From Podospora anserina (taxonomy: Eukaryota), in NCBI GenBank assembly GCA_017654855.1, contig CM030338.1, positions 3,410,001 through 3,474,000 on the forward strand: DNA of 64,000 bases, given 5' to 3'. The translations under genes and the position numbers were made by a program. This document shows, one piece after another, positions 25,968 through 38,245 of this stretch; the first letter of the stretch is position 1, and every line of letters starts with the position of its first letter. A model generated the notes under the pieces. It made no database searches. It saw nothing but the letters and a program-made list of their open reading frames with translations, and was not told where the DNA came from.

Positions 25968-26384
25968 TGCTGCGGTGATGTCGCTGTCGTGATGTTTCCG
26001 TCGACTCGGTCACGGTGTGCTTGGTGGATGAATTTTGAGGGACAGTTTGGAAATTTCTGTGTGGGCGCAAATCCAGGCCCCACCAATTCCCCGGCTTCGA
26101 GGGTTGGCAGTTGGCAGCTTGATGCAACGGCTGCCCACGCACTGGCCAAGCCACGAAAGCTGACATAACCGTGTGGCTAGTGCGGGGCTGTCATCTATCT
26201 TATCAGCACCAACAACCACTTGGGCTCAACCTCCAACTTCACTATCATCTCCGTTGCTCACAAGTGAATCGTGGGGAGCTCTAGAAACAAGACTGAATAA
26301 CTATTCCCCAAACATGATATTCCTTACTGGACCAGCCAACTCCAAACTCCAATATGGCATATTAAAAACCCGCTTCCATACATG

Positions 26385-26907
26385 TTATTCCGTCTTCATC
26401 CTCTTCCGATCAGGATCACCCCAAAAAGGATCATCCACTGCTCGCCATTGTTTGATGCCCTTGGGATCTCTTTTTTGACTGGCGTTAACTCTGTTCCATA
26501 TAGCCTTGGTCTCCGGGCTGCCCAAGGCATCGCGGAAGCTGCCCAGCTCTTTGGTTGTAGAATCAACAGACTGCATAAAGGCGGCATACATGGCCTCGGC
26601 TAGATGTTATGGGTGACTATGGTCAGAATACGAAAAGGAGGGTTGAGCAGGGGTTGGAGGGGGGCATACGGGAGGGTTGTTTGGTATTCAGCGGCTCCAG
26701 CATGCGCGGAAGCGCCGAGCGAAGCCGTCGAAGCTGTATCCGACGTTAGAATATGCCCCCGGATCACAACGAGTAAGTTGACCAGTGTGCATAACTTGCC
26801 TGGAGATGCAGCTGGTTCAAGTGATAGAGTGCATCCTCCAGCTTCTCCTCCTCCTGCTGCGCGCTGTCTTTGGCTGGCTGGGCCTGGGTTGGATGATTGC
26901 TGGCCAT
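26385..26907 (-). CDS. Small helical protein (about 128 aa), possibly a Mediator tail subunit (Med27/Med3-like N-terminal helical hairpin). Exons 26907..26800, 26733..26670, 26599..26385
   Basis: Spliced frame MASNHP...KLEDALYHLNQLHLQ|LRRLRSALPRMLEPLNTKQPSP|EAMYAAFMQSV...IKQWRAVDDPFW. Intron 1 is GC-AG (26734..26799) and intron 2 is GT-AG (26600..26669). The Mediator assignment rests on loose remembered similarity only. Confidence 0.7.
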
Positions 26908-27862
26908 TTCTGCTATTTCCAGGGTGCCGTCTCTCGTTTCACCGACAGTGATGGATGCAAGGCACAGACCGACGGTGAGTTGAAGCTCTTGAGAGCTCAC
27001 TTTGATGAGTGGTGGGAGCGAGATGAGGGGGCCGCAACGGCTGCCAGAGTATTATGTATCCGAAGATGAATGTTTACATGAGGCAGGCATTCATCCAGAA
27101 TCCCCTATCACGGAGCAATCAACCAGAGATGGATCAATAGAAGACGGCGGGGGAGACGATGCAGCATGGTTTGCTGCGAGGCTGACAGACCTCACTCATG
27201 CTGCCGCTGTTGGCTCGGCTGCTACCAAGAGCCAGCAAAGCTTGGCAAACAAGCTTTTTGCCTCCCTCTTCAGGGACACGCACAGCACAGGGAGTCTGGC
27301 TGTGGCTGAAAATGCATTTGCCTACCTTATTATGGTGGATGGTCCGAGCGCCCTAAAGGAATCGGCCTGGTGGAAGTCCAGCTCTTGCTTCCATTTTCTG
27401 GAGAGAAGCAAGCAACCCTTTTGACAAGAAAACTTTCAATATTCAGCTCCATCGCCAGGGAACCCGCGGCTGGCAAGCACAAAAAGTCGCACGTTACGCC
27501 GCCGCCGCTTGTTGCTGCTTTGTCGCTGGCAGATCGGCAGCCTTGATCAAAACCTGAATACACACGGTGCGTGTCGTGTCTTCATCGCACACATCTTTTC
27601 AGCGCCCAGAGCAGGTCGACCAGAACCTGAGAATCTTTTGCTGTCCATTTTTTCTCGTACGCACGGTACAGCATCCATCAAAGAGTACGTACCTGCATCT
27701 ACGCACGCACCTCACACCCGACACCTGACGCGCACCTTTTCGTTGCGGAGGGTCGGGCGCCTTCTTTTTCTCTGCCTCGCAGCTCGCAGCACGCCGCACA
27801 GTATTTCCACTGGCTGTTCCACAACGACCGAGGCGGTCCTCCAGAAAATCGTTCCAATCACC

Positions 27863-28335
27863 ATGGAGTCCCAGGGAGCTCCAGGAGCTTCGCAGCAGCC
27901 ACGGAGCCGCAAGCGCCAGCGCACCTCCAGGGTGCCGGAAGCCGGAAATACTGCCTCTCCAGCACTCACCCCTGTCAGCCAGCTCCCCCAGGGCTGGGGG
28001 GCTGCCATGGCAAACAACAACCACCCCCAGGCCGTGCGCAGCCATGTCATTGACACCGTGCCAATTCAGTCCAGCTTCTCGTCACAGCAGCTCGACAGAT
28101 CCCATGAGCCAGACGGCTTGATGAACAGCTACAGCAACCAACATCATAATGCCCATTCCCAGTACCCCGATCCCCAACCCACCCTCGCCTCCGCCCCGCA
28201 TCCCGACACGTCTGGTCTGAGCAGTCTGAGCAACCTAGCCGGCGAACAGCACCAGCATCACGGCCAGCACCAACAACAGCACCCTCAGCACCCTCACCAG
28301 CAGCACGCCCACCACCATCACCCTTCCCAGCAGGC

Positions 28336-28385
<50 letters not shown>

Positions 28386-29434
28386 CGCAACAGCAATCCC
28401 AACCCCAACAACAACAACCGACCCAGCACCAACACCAACAGCAGCAGCAACAGCAGCAGCGCCCTAGTATCAGCGTGAACCCATCGGCGGCCAAGCCTGA
28501 CAGCCGCGCTCTCTTCCAGCAGCAATACGGCGGTGTTAAGCACACCTCTGGTGATTCCCCTCCCGCAAACGTGGCGAACCCAACCTCCGCCGGTCCTTCC
28601 TACTCGAATCTGCCGGTCTGGCACGGCACGCCCACTCCCACCGGCTCGTCGCAACCCGCGCCTCAGCTTGGCTCGGCCTCCTCGATGCCACCGCAGTCGC
28701 CGGTACCAGGCATTCCTGGCGGAGGTGGCCTGGGCCCGCCTCCAGAAAGCATATATCAGACTTTCGACGAGCTGCTTGCCGCGGTACAGCGCCATGCGAA
28801 GGAGCAAGGTTATTCCATTGTGAAGCTACGCGCCAGCAACTACCGCGATGGTAAGCCGACGCGCTACGACCTTGTATGCGATCGCGGCGGAGTCAAGTAC
28901 AACAGCACGGCCAAGAAGCGCAACCCAAGCACACGCAAGGTTGATTGCCCATGGCGGGCCAAGGCCGTGTGCGAGGTCAACTTGGGCAATCAGTGGAGGT
29001 TCGTTGTCCAGGAGGTCCGGCATAACCATGAGGCGCGTGTTGCTGCGGCTCAACCGGGACAAGAAAACACACCTGTCGCGCAAAGTATCCGCAGCCTCAA
29101 TCATAAAATCGACCGCATCTCCCATGAGATGAGCCAGGGTTTCAGTCGATTGGAACAGGTCGTTGTGCAGCGCTTGGACAACATGGAGAAGCGATTAGAA
29201 GCTCTTGAGACAGGTCGACCAGCAATGCTCGGAAACGGCGGTGTACCGTCCATGGGAACACCAAGCATGCCAACTGCTAATATGGGCGGCGGCAATATGG
29301 GCAATGCCCCGATGACGAACGGAGGCATGCAGCCGCTTGTGGATAGTAGGATGGGGGCACTGGAAAGCCGCTTGACTCAGATCGAAATGATGGAAGAAGA
29401 TCCATCACGCCTCTCGCTCATGGTCAACACCTAG
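27863..29434 (+). CDS. Q/H-rich putative transcription factor with a FAR1/WRKY-GCM1-like (MULE transposase-derived) Zn-binding domain
   Basis: ATG in CACCATGG context at 27863. Domain YQTFDELLAAVQRHAKEQGYSIVKLRAS...LVCDRGG...STRKVDCPWRAKA...WRFVV...HNH, followed by a coiled-coil-like C-terminus. Confidence 0.8.
28340..28384 (+). repeat. (CAG)15 coding microsatellite
   Basis: Perfect CAG run inside the polyQ region of the FAR1-domain gene. Confidence 0.95.
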
Positions 29435-31640
29435 GATGGAACAGAGCCAAGTCAAGTGTGCGATCGTTCTGCTACGCCTACAGACCATTAGAAGATGTTG
29501 GAAGCAGCCATCTGCGAGTCGGTTATCATACCAACACATGTTCTTCGGAACCACGCGACAAATCCCACATCAGGACTGTCGCCATGTACTCCTGACCTGA
29601 TCTAGGTTGTATTTGCCGTTTGCTAGGACGAGCCACAACCAAACGGTCTGAACGGAGGTCGCACCAACATCTGTATCATATCGACGCTGGCACGCAAGGA
29701 GTCGGGTGTAGAAGCCCCTGTACTCACTCACCGTTGGAGTAAAAGAGGATGAGAAAAGGCGCTGTGGCATCTTGTCCGTCACATGGCCGACTTATTTCAG
29801 TTATATTAGTGTGTAGCAGAAGTTTCTGCTTATTTTCCTTTTGTTCTGTGGCTCTTGGGGTTCAACCTGCTTACTCTGGCTTCTCTCGCCCGGGCAAGCA
29901 TGAGTAAAATGTGTAAATACATTCTGTGGTTTCAGGTGTGCATTTCCTGGTCTTCTCTTTTCTGCGTTTTTAACTATATCCCGGGGAACAGGGTGTGATG
30001 AGGCGTCGTGGTTGGGCTTCAGGGGAAGGGCAAGGCATGGGTTGGTTTTGACATGTTTCTTTGCGGCGTTGTGACGACCCTGTGGTTGGGTCTGGGGGTT
30101 TATATCTCTACGGCTTCCATACCTTGCATGCCGTCTTCGGTATTTGTGCGCGATTTGCTTTTTTCTGTTTTCTTGGTCTGCTTGGCTGGTGGTTGCCATG
30201 CAGACTGTGTGTTTTTTTATTATTTTAACAACGGAGTACTTGGTATTGTTACTCATTACTCTCCTGTGGGGTGGGGTGGGGGGGGAAGGGGAGGACTTAT
30301 TTGGCTCATCATTATTACAGTTGGGCGATGCCAGGGCGAGAGGTCATCTTGGAGTATATGGTTAGGGCGACACGTCAACTGCGAAGACAACCGACACAAG
30401 CAGGACCAAGGCACCCAGCACTGAGATATATTCCCATGTCGATCCGTTGACGACCCAGTTCAGGTTCGACGAATCTGTCTGAATGGGACGCACCTTTGGG
30501 GGTTTGGGACAAGACACAAGCCAGGCAAAGGCCAGAAAAGGAGATTGCGAGAGGGAAGTAAATCAGGGGGGCCACCAAACACAAAGACCAACAAACATAC
30601 AAAAACTATAGTTTGTACGATGGAATAAACCCTTAAGTGTGGTGTATATATCAATATCAAGCATTTGAATGCGAGTTATTATGGGTCTTTTTTACTAATA
30701 GTGACTGGAGTGATGTCTTGAGGGCAACGCTCAGGATGTTAAGTGTTCAAGGGAGAAGGAAGGGCACAACAGGTCGGGGGAGGCATTGTTGAAAAGCGCT
30801 GACGAAAAAACTCAATTCACATCATCCAGGTGTATAAAGCTATGCTATGCGTGCCGTCTCTCATCACCCACCCCCAAACCTTTGGTATCAACAACTCGCC
30901 CTTCTTGTATCTAAACGTTGCACACTTCGATCCACCCTACCCCCCTTTCCCCCCTCGCCCTCCTACTCTTCCCTGATAATAATATGAAAGTTTCATCACC
31001 ACAAGATAAAACGCCTTGTTGACAAAGACAGGGAAAAATCATCACAACAAAAGTAAAATGAAAGAAGCAAGACAGTTGAGTAACAGATAACAAAATAAAG
31101 GGAATACGATTTCAAAGAAATAATCAAGTTCTCTACCAAAACCCTCCTCCTCCTCTTGAGCTTCCTCCTAGCCAAAGGTGGGATATCAACAATCAACAAC
31201 CTCCTCTTTTCACCCCCAATTCATTCCCTTCAAAAGTTAACATCCCAAAAAAGAACGCCTCTTTCTCCGTGTTGGCTTTTTGAAAAAGTAAAATCCAATT
31301 CCCCTGGAAGTAAACAAAAAGAAAAAAAAAAGTCTTATGCAAAAAGAAAAAGGAAAATGTCGTGGGAATATGCTGATGAGAATATGTTCATATACGTGTT
31401 GTTGTAAGCGAAGGAAGAGCAGCAAGCAGCAAGGCAGAAAGACAAGATATTTTGCTTTTTGTGGTGTAGAATTTTTGTGCCATCATCGTTCCATTCATTA
31501 CTTCGTATTTTTAGAGGGGCTGGGTAGGTGTAAGGGGGGGCTCAGTTGCCGGGGTATATAAAATACGAATAATTTCGAATATCCAAGAAACAAACAAAAC
31601 AAAAAAAGATTTTGCGCGTCGCGAACAAGAGTTGTATGTA

Positions 31641-33581
31641 TTATTGCAGTTCAACCCAGACCTGGCAAATGGTTAGCATGACTGTGAAAAGTTGTTGAGG
31701 GTAAAAAAGAAAGAAGAAAAAAAACATACCTCCATCTTCCCCGTCTCCGACCTCGCCTTCCTGGCATTCTGCCTCACACCGCTCATCACCATCTCCAGAT
31801 CATCCTGGTCCACCATCGTGATCAGCTCGGGCGAGTCCTCGTCCTTGAACTTGATCAAGAACTGGCCCCTGGGCGGGATGTTGAACTTCTCCCTGATCTT
31901 GGCCGCAAAGTCGGGGAACTCGACCGCCGGCCCGACCATGATGTACCGCACGTCGTTGGCGTGCACCTTGACCCTGATCGTCCTCAGCGCGTCCCTCCTC
32001 GAGGACCCCCGCTTGGATCCCCCAGAGACAGAACCGGGACCTGGCCTCCTGGGCGCCATCATCTCAAAGTCGCCCTCGTCAAAGGAGCCGTCGTCGTAGT
32101 CGCTGCCTTCTTCGTCTTCTTCCTCGATGTAGCGGTCTCGTGGCTGGTTGCCGCCGCGGTTGCTCCGTTGGGAGCGGCTGTTTCTGGAGCCGCCGCCGCC
32201 TTGGTACATGTCGTAGAGGTCGTCGTTGTACGTGTCCTCTTCTTCTTCTCTTCTTCTCCTGGAGGAGGGGGGGTCGCGCTGGGAGTAGCCGCGGGATGGG
32301 GGGGCAGCGGCCGAGGCGGAGCGGCTTGGCCGGCGCTGCTGTTCGCGTGGTCCCTCGTCTGGGGAGGCCTTTTCGTAGCGGTCGCTTGGGCGGGACTTTT
32401 CGAGGTTGAGGCGGCTGGGGACGGGCTTTGGTCCGTTGCGGACCGAGGCGGCGCGGCTTGGTTGCGTTGGCTTGTCGTTCTCGGGTGGTGGGGTGGGAGG
32501 GAAGACATTGCGGCTGTTTGGTGGTTCGGATTGCTGTCTTCTGGACTGGAGGCCTGGTTTGACGAGGTTGCTGGCGGCGAAGGAGAGGGCTTCTTGTGGC
32601 CTGTCGTCCTTGACCTCGATTGGGCCGGTCTGTTTTGGCCTGTGTGTTAGTGTCTGGGAGTGACATGGTGCTGGAGAAGGGAACACATACAGATTGCTTC
32701 ATTTCAGCACCGGCAAATCCGGTAAAGGCATTGGCTCTGTCCGAGGCAGCAACTAATCTGGCCTTCCCGAGGTAGTCCTTTTGCTGCAAATTTCGCACCT
32801 TGGCCTCATTGGGCCTGTAGACAACACCAACAGGAATCGAGAACACTGTATAGCCCTGCAAAAACAATGTTAGACACAAAACAACAGTACAGCTGAAACA
32901 GATCCTGATCTCACCTTCGCCTCATCCCTGATGGCATCGTTGATTACATTGTGGTCCTCCACCACCTTCTCCTTGACGGCGTACTGCAAATCTTGCATAC
33001 CAGCTTCCATTTGCTCCAGGTAGATGTAGCAGAGACCACGGTTGAACAAGACCTCGCAAGAGTAGAGCTTGAAGATCAACCCGAGTTGCCCATAGTCGAT
33101 CAGCGTGTTGCCGCGGAGGTAAAGAAGTGTGTCGTTGAAGTTCGCCAAGGCCTCCTCGAAATCACCCAGCAAAAAGTTGGAAACACCTTGTTGAAAGTAA
33201 GCGACGGCGAGGTACCGGTCGAGTTTGACAGCGCGTTGGTAGCATTCGACCTGTGGTGTTTTGTATTAGCATCTATTGTTTTTGATGGGGGTTTCCCCCT
33301 GAACCAAAGAGAACAGAGAAAAGGTTGTTGGGGGCCAACATACAGCTTGCTCGTGCTGGCCGAGTGTCGCATTGATCACGCCCATGTTGAACAGAATCTT
33401 GGAGGTATCCGAGATCCTCTCAAAGGCCTGGAGGGCTTCGTCGAACTCATTGTTGTCGTAGTACTTGAGGGCCTCGACCCAAGTTTCTATTTCCTATAGT
33501 CGGGCGTATAAGCTGAGCTGTTCTCCACACAACCTGGGCGCGTCCGCAGCTGGGATGTCGTCTTACCTGTTTTAAAGACAT
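31641..33581 (-). CDS. noxR: NADPH oxidase regulator NoxR (p67phox-like; TPR, activation domain, PB1). Exons 33581..33567, 33493..33344, 33250..32915, 32855..32691, 32629..31730, 31661..31641
   Basis: MSLKQ|EIETWVEALKYYDNNEFDEAL..., LAVAYFQQGVSNFLLGDFEEALANFNDTLLYLRGN, YTVFSIPVGVVYRP, KDYLGKARLVA, and a PB1 domain (IRVKVHANDVRYIMV...DQDDL...KME|VWV). Five canonical introns. Confidence 0.95.
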
Positions 33582-36500
33582 GGCTGCTCTAGTATGGAAG
33601 CTGCAAAGAAAGGGCTATCAAAGCCGGTTTGACCTTGCGACACTCGAGAGAAGCCGTCGCTCGGAAATAGTTTTTCGGTATGCGAATGTTGCTGAAACTT
33701 GGGCGGTTGTGCGTCGAGCGGTCGACGGGCGTTGAGGGGTTGTGTGGCTATTAAAGCGTAGGATTTGGGCAGGCAAAGAGATGGAGAGGGACAGGGGTCG
33801 GATGCACTAGCTCGGGCTGGCGGCAACCAGGGGGTTGGCTGCTCGAGTCAAGCCCAGCCAGCGTCTGGTCTTCCGTCTTTCTTTTTGTTGTTGTAATTCC
33901 AAAAAGCCCGAGTTCGTTGATGAATCCAGCCTTTAATATCTCTACCGTCCCGGTATAATTATGACCCCGATCACAGCCTGTGACCCGATAGCAGAAGAGT
34001 TGTTGACAGCTAGCGGCCACTTGGCGTGTGATAAGTCTGCTGTTCTGCTTTTTCTCCTCACAAGACGACCCAAGATGCCACGGGCGACAAAAAAAAGAGA
34101 GGTGGACTCCTCCGCTGAGACTGTCCTGCAGCTTATTGGTGTTGCTGTCGTCCCACTTTCTCTGTCTCTCGTCTTCGTGTTCCTCCGCCCTACTGCGGTG
34201 TGTGTTCGTCGGAGAGTGTTCCTTGTAATCTATGATCGTGGAGCCGTCAATCTAGACTGCGGCGCGTGCAGCCCTCGGTATGTCGGTTGTGCGAATGGGG
34301 TTCTTTTCCCTGCTGAGCTAGCTCTGTTCCTGGCGATCGTGTCGATATAGTTATAGTGGATGCAGCAGGCCATGTGCTACCGACGACAACTGCCACAGCG
34401 TATAGGCGTCGAATCCAGACTCTCGGGTCGAGAGAAGCGAGTGGTAGGCCGGCGGCGAGCGAGGATTAGGATGTTGACGGTAACTATTAAGGAAAAGTAT
34501 TAATTACGTTAGATAGTTCAAACTGGCATACCAAGAGCCAGAAAGATGCAAAGGTTGAGGTAAAGATTAGGAGCAAGGTGGGAATGACGGGGAAAAGAGC
34601 GATCGATATTCGGCCTGAATTGGACAGCAGCCAGCACCGGCGAGCAGGTAGAGGGCGGGAAGGCCTCTTTTTCGGACACCGTCCGCCAGAAGCGAGGAAT
34701 CAATTCGTGGGCTTGTTTGGAGACGGCCAAACTGGGGGAGCTGATCATGCAGGCCCCCCGAGAAACTTGGCTTGCCAGGTCCGGGCTGGCTTTACAAAAC
34801 GTGAATGAGGCCTGGCTTGTGGAGGAGGTTTCTGAAGCCCACTGTTACAGACGACAGGGTTCCCCCTCTCAACCTTCGAGCACTGTCTCTCCCCTGTGGA
34901 GCTATCATCCCAGGGGGCACTGGTCGAGAGGCACGCAAGGAGAAACATCCGAGACTGGTCGAAAGAAGGAATAGGGGCAGGGGAAATGTCTTGTTTGGGA
35001 TTGCCCAATTCTTTGGATACACGGGATGATTCTACGTCCCGTCTGTAGTGAAAATCCTGAGGCTCTCCCTGTCCGATCCCTCCGGCGATAGGGCCTAAAG
35101 AGGGCCCGGTGGTGGGAACAGGAACAACGAATATACCAGTCTGCATTGGCAGGATGGTCCATCGAACGTTTTCATCAGTGTCGTCGAACCACCTCCGGAA
35201 GCGTCCTGCTATCACTGGAAGACTCCGAGTGAAAGGTGCAGAGCATGGTGTCAGGGATCGAACGGTCCCCTGTCGAGGCTCACCGGATTGGCAGGGTGCG
35301 GAACGTCACTGGCGGCGGCGCCATTTGCAGCCATGCGTCAAGGTCACTGTGCCTGAGCCGCTTCTTCAGCTCGCCGACGACGCCGGTCGTCCGGCCCATG
35401 GTCTGCTGTCACTGAATGTCATCCAGTATCAGTATCAGACATGGCGAACATAAGACTGGCCTCGGAATGCCTCATGGGATGAAAGATGGCCGGGATATCA
35501 AGCAACACAACGACAGCTCAGCCATCCGATATCTGTCACCGGGTGTGGGTGTCCTTTTGGCCGTCTATGACCGGCAAATAGGAGCTTTCCCGGGACGGGA
35601 GGCAGAATGCGATGACAACCTCTCTTGAAATTGTGCATGAGAAAAAAGCTCGTGAACCAGTCGTCGAGAGTCTTGGCTGGGCGGTTGACTGTGTCTGTGA
35701 GACTCTTAGGGGTCAATGCAATGCCATTGTCTGTCACAGAGTCTTTGGCACCCCTGCGAATCACAGGTTGGCGTCCCTCATGCACCAAGTGTTCCAGAGC
35801 ACCCTGGACGACCGTTGATTGGGCCAGCCCCACACCAACGCAACCCCTGCGTTGCAGGGCGGTTAATTCAACCTCCACACTCTACACTCGGCCCCCCACA
35901 CAAGTCTCAACTTCATCTTGAATCTTGAAGACCGAACACCGCTGTGTAACACTCCAACCAGTCACTCACCCAGTTCTGGGCTGGCTGGAAATCCCTTGAA
36001 GACTGTATACAGAACACGATCTGTATGTCGGCTTGCCGATCCAAAGACCTGCCCTATGATCGTAGAGCCCGATACTCCCTCGACAGCAAGCATCATGTGT
36101 TCAATCAAGCCGTTGCCGGCTCCTAAGGGCACGCTTCCTCCGACAGTTGGATATCGTGTTGCAATAAGCGCTCTGGGAATACATCTGATGAACCGACCTT
36201 TTCCATCTTCATGTCAGTTTTAGTGGTGGTGCCATCACACGGCCAACATCGAGCCTTTCTCAGTCGATATTCTATTCTTGATACCAAGAACCTGCACAGG
36301 TCTGCTTGAACAGCAAGATTTGTGACCATGTACTGGTGACATATGCATAACTCGGCTCTGTGATAGTGACGGTGACGTACACAATGATGGACGGCCCTCC
36401 AATGGTGCCATCGCAGGTTTATTTATGGTGTCGTTCACGGCTGGGCGCGGGAGGGCCATCTCATCTCGTTCGCTGTGTGCGAATCAAAGCTCAAGAGGCT

Positions 36501-38245
36501 CTGGAGTCGAAGCCGGGGACAGAACGCTAACGAATACGTACCAAGCACTCGGTTACCACGCCATGTGGAGGTAACGGAGAAAACCAGCGGCCACTCAGGT
36601 GCGGTTGCGTTGAGAAGGGAGATGGTGAGGCCGAAAAGGGAACAGGACGCCGGCAGTGGAGCAGGATACAGTGTCAGACACAACCCAAAGACAATTTCAA
36701 ATAGAAGATTGCGAAAAAGAAGGGCCGGAAGCATGTGCTAGATGCCGGTGATAATTTGTGTGACCTCAACAACTCCTTTTCCCAGCATGTGGTGTGGGTT
36801 GTGTTGTACTTCGTGCTCGCTATGATGTTGGAGATGGATCTGATGGGCTGTCGTCTCTGGCAGTGATCACTAACAATTTTTGCAGTTCAAAATTCTCGGC
36901 CCCTCCCGTCTTTGCTGCCGATCGACAGGGTCCGAGCGCAAAGAACTGTGGATCTTCCCAGGATGGCACTGAACATTGCTGAACAGGCGAAACTCGCTTC
37001 AACTTCAGGTTCCCGGCAGTTCAACTTCACATCTGATGTTTGGTCGCAACCCACAGACTTTTTTCTTCTCTTTCCGTCCAGCTTTGAGGTGCGCGATATC
37101 ACATAACAATATTTTTATCTTTTCCCACGTCATCAAGCTTAAGTTCTGGATAGGTATTTCCATCAGTTTTTTTTCCATCAGTCATCCAGGGGCACAGATC
37201 TCTAGATGCAGGCCGGCGGCTGTATGGACAGCTGCAATGGAGACCCACGTCGTGGACAAAAGAATTGGCACTGCAAAAGTAAGGTACCACATACTATTTT
37301 CTCCCATGCCTTAAAAGAAACTCAATAGGCCTCAAAAGATAGTTAATAGGCTTTGAAATATAATGAGAGGCCTATTTGCTTTTTAAACGGGCGTAGGTTG
37401 ACAATGATTACACACTTTACCAGCTTCCAGTACCAGTCATTTCGTCCACGACGTGAGACCTAGACTGCCGGCTGCTGTGGTATTCGACCTGACACTCAAA
37501 GGTGGTGGTACTATCGTCGACCATATGCACTCCTCCTATAGGTGCCCCAAATCCAGGCAACTGTTGAAACTCCCTGCTACAGAGCATACCTTAGGAGTTG
37601 TTTGCACTTGGCTACACACAAGGATTCCTTCTCGGTTTTTTGGCCCCATCTCACCTCCCCCCTTCTCCGTCTCATGTTTTTTGACACACACTCTCTCTTC
37701 CGGCTTCCGGCGGCGTGGGGGCTGGCCTTCGGGACCAATCCCGTCGACCCAGCAGGTGTGTGTTTCCTCTCGTGCATGATCTACGTTAAGAGAGTCCGAA
37801 CATCCTCCCGGTGATCCCACCACCCTTCCACACACGCACACACAATAATCCTGAGATTTCACAAGGAAAGAAAACCAGAAGGGGGGAAGGAGACGATCAC
37901 CCTCCTATGGTTCTGTCTAGATGCGGAGGGTAAGTCCGCGCGCATCGGAAAATCGACACAATCCCATTGTATCACCATGGGAATTTTGCGTGTTTGATGA
38001 AACCAGGCCGCCTCCTTGTGGCGGCCACCTCAGGTCTCACCACTATCGCCTATCAACCCTGACCTGTCTTTATCCAGCCTCCAGGACCAGAAGAGACGAC
38101 ATTCGTCATAGCAAAGGATCCCCGTTTTCGTTCAAAAAGTAAGCTTAATTGTTTTACAACAAGATCCATATCTCTTGGCAGAAATATCACTCCCCCCCCT
38201 TTCGAAACAAGCCCCCCCCTCCTTCCCATCCAAGGGCCTTCTCAA

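Noticed and set aside
27509..27862. Upstream extensions in the ORF track from non-ATG or distant starts (also 7016, 15195, 44082)
   Set aside because: The extensions look like UTR sequence, and downstream ATGs have better context and match the expected N-termini.
29800..31600. Hydrophobic or Lys-rich short ORFs between the FAR1-domain gene and noxR
   Set aside because: They arise from T- and A-rich low-complexity, UTR-like sequence between convergent genes.
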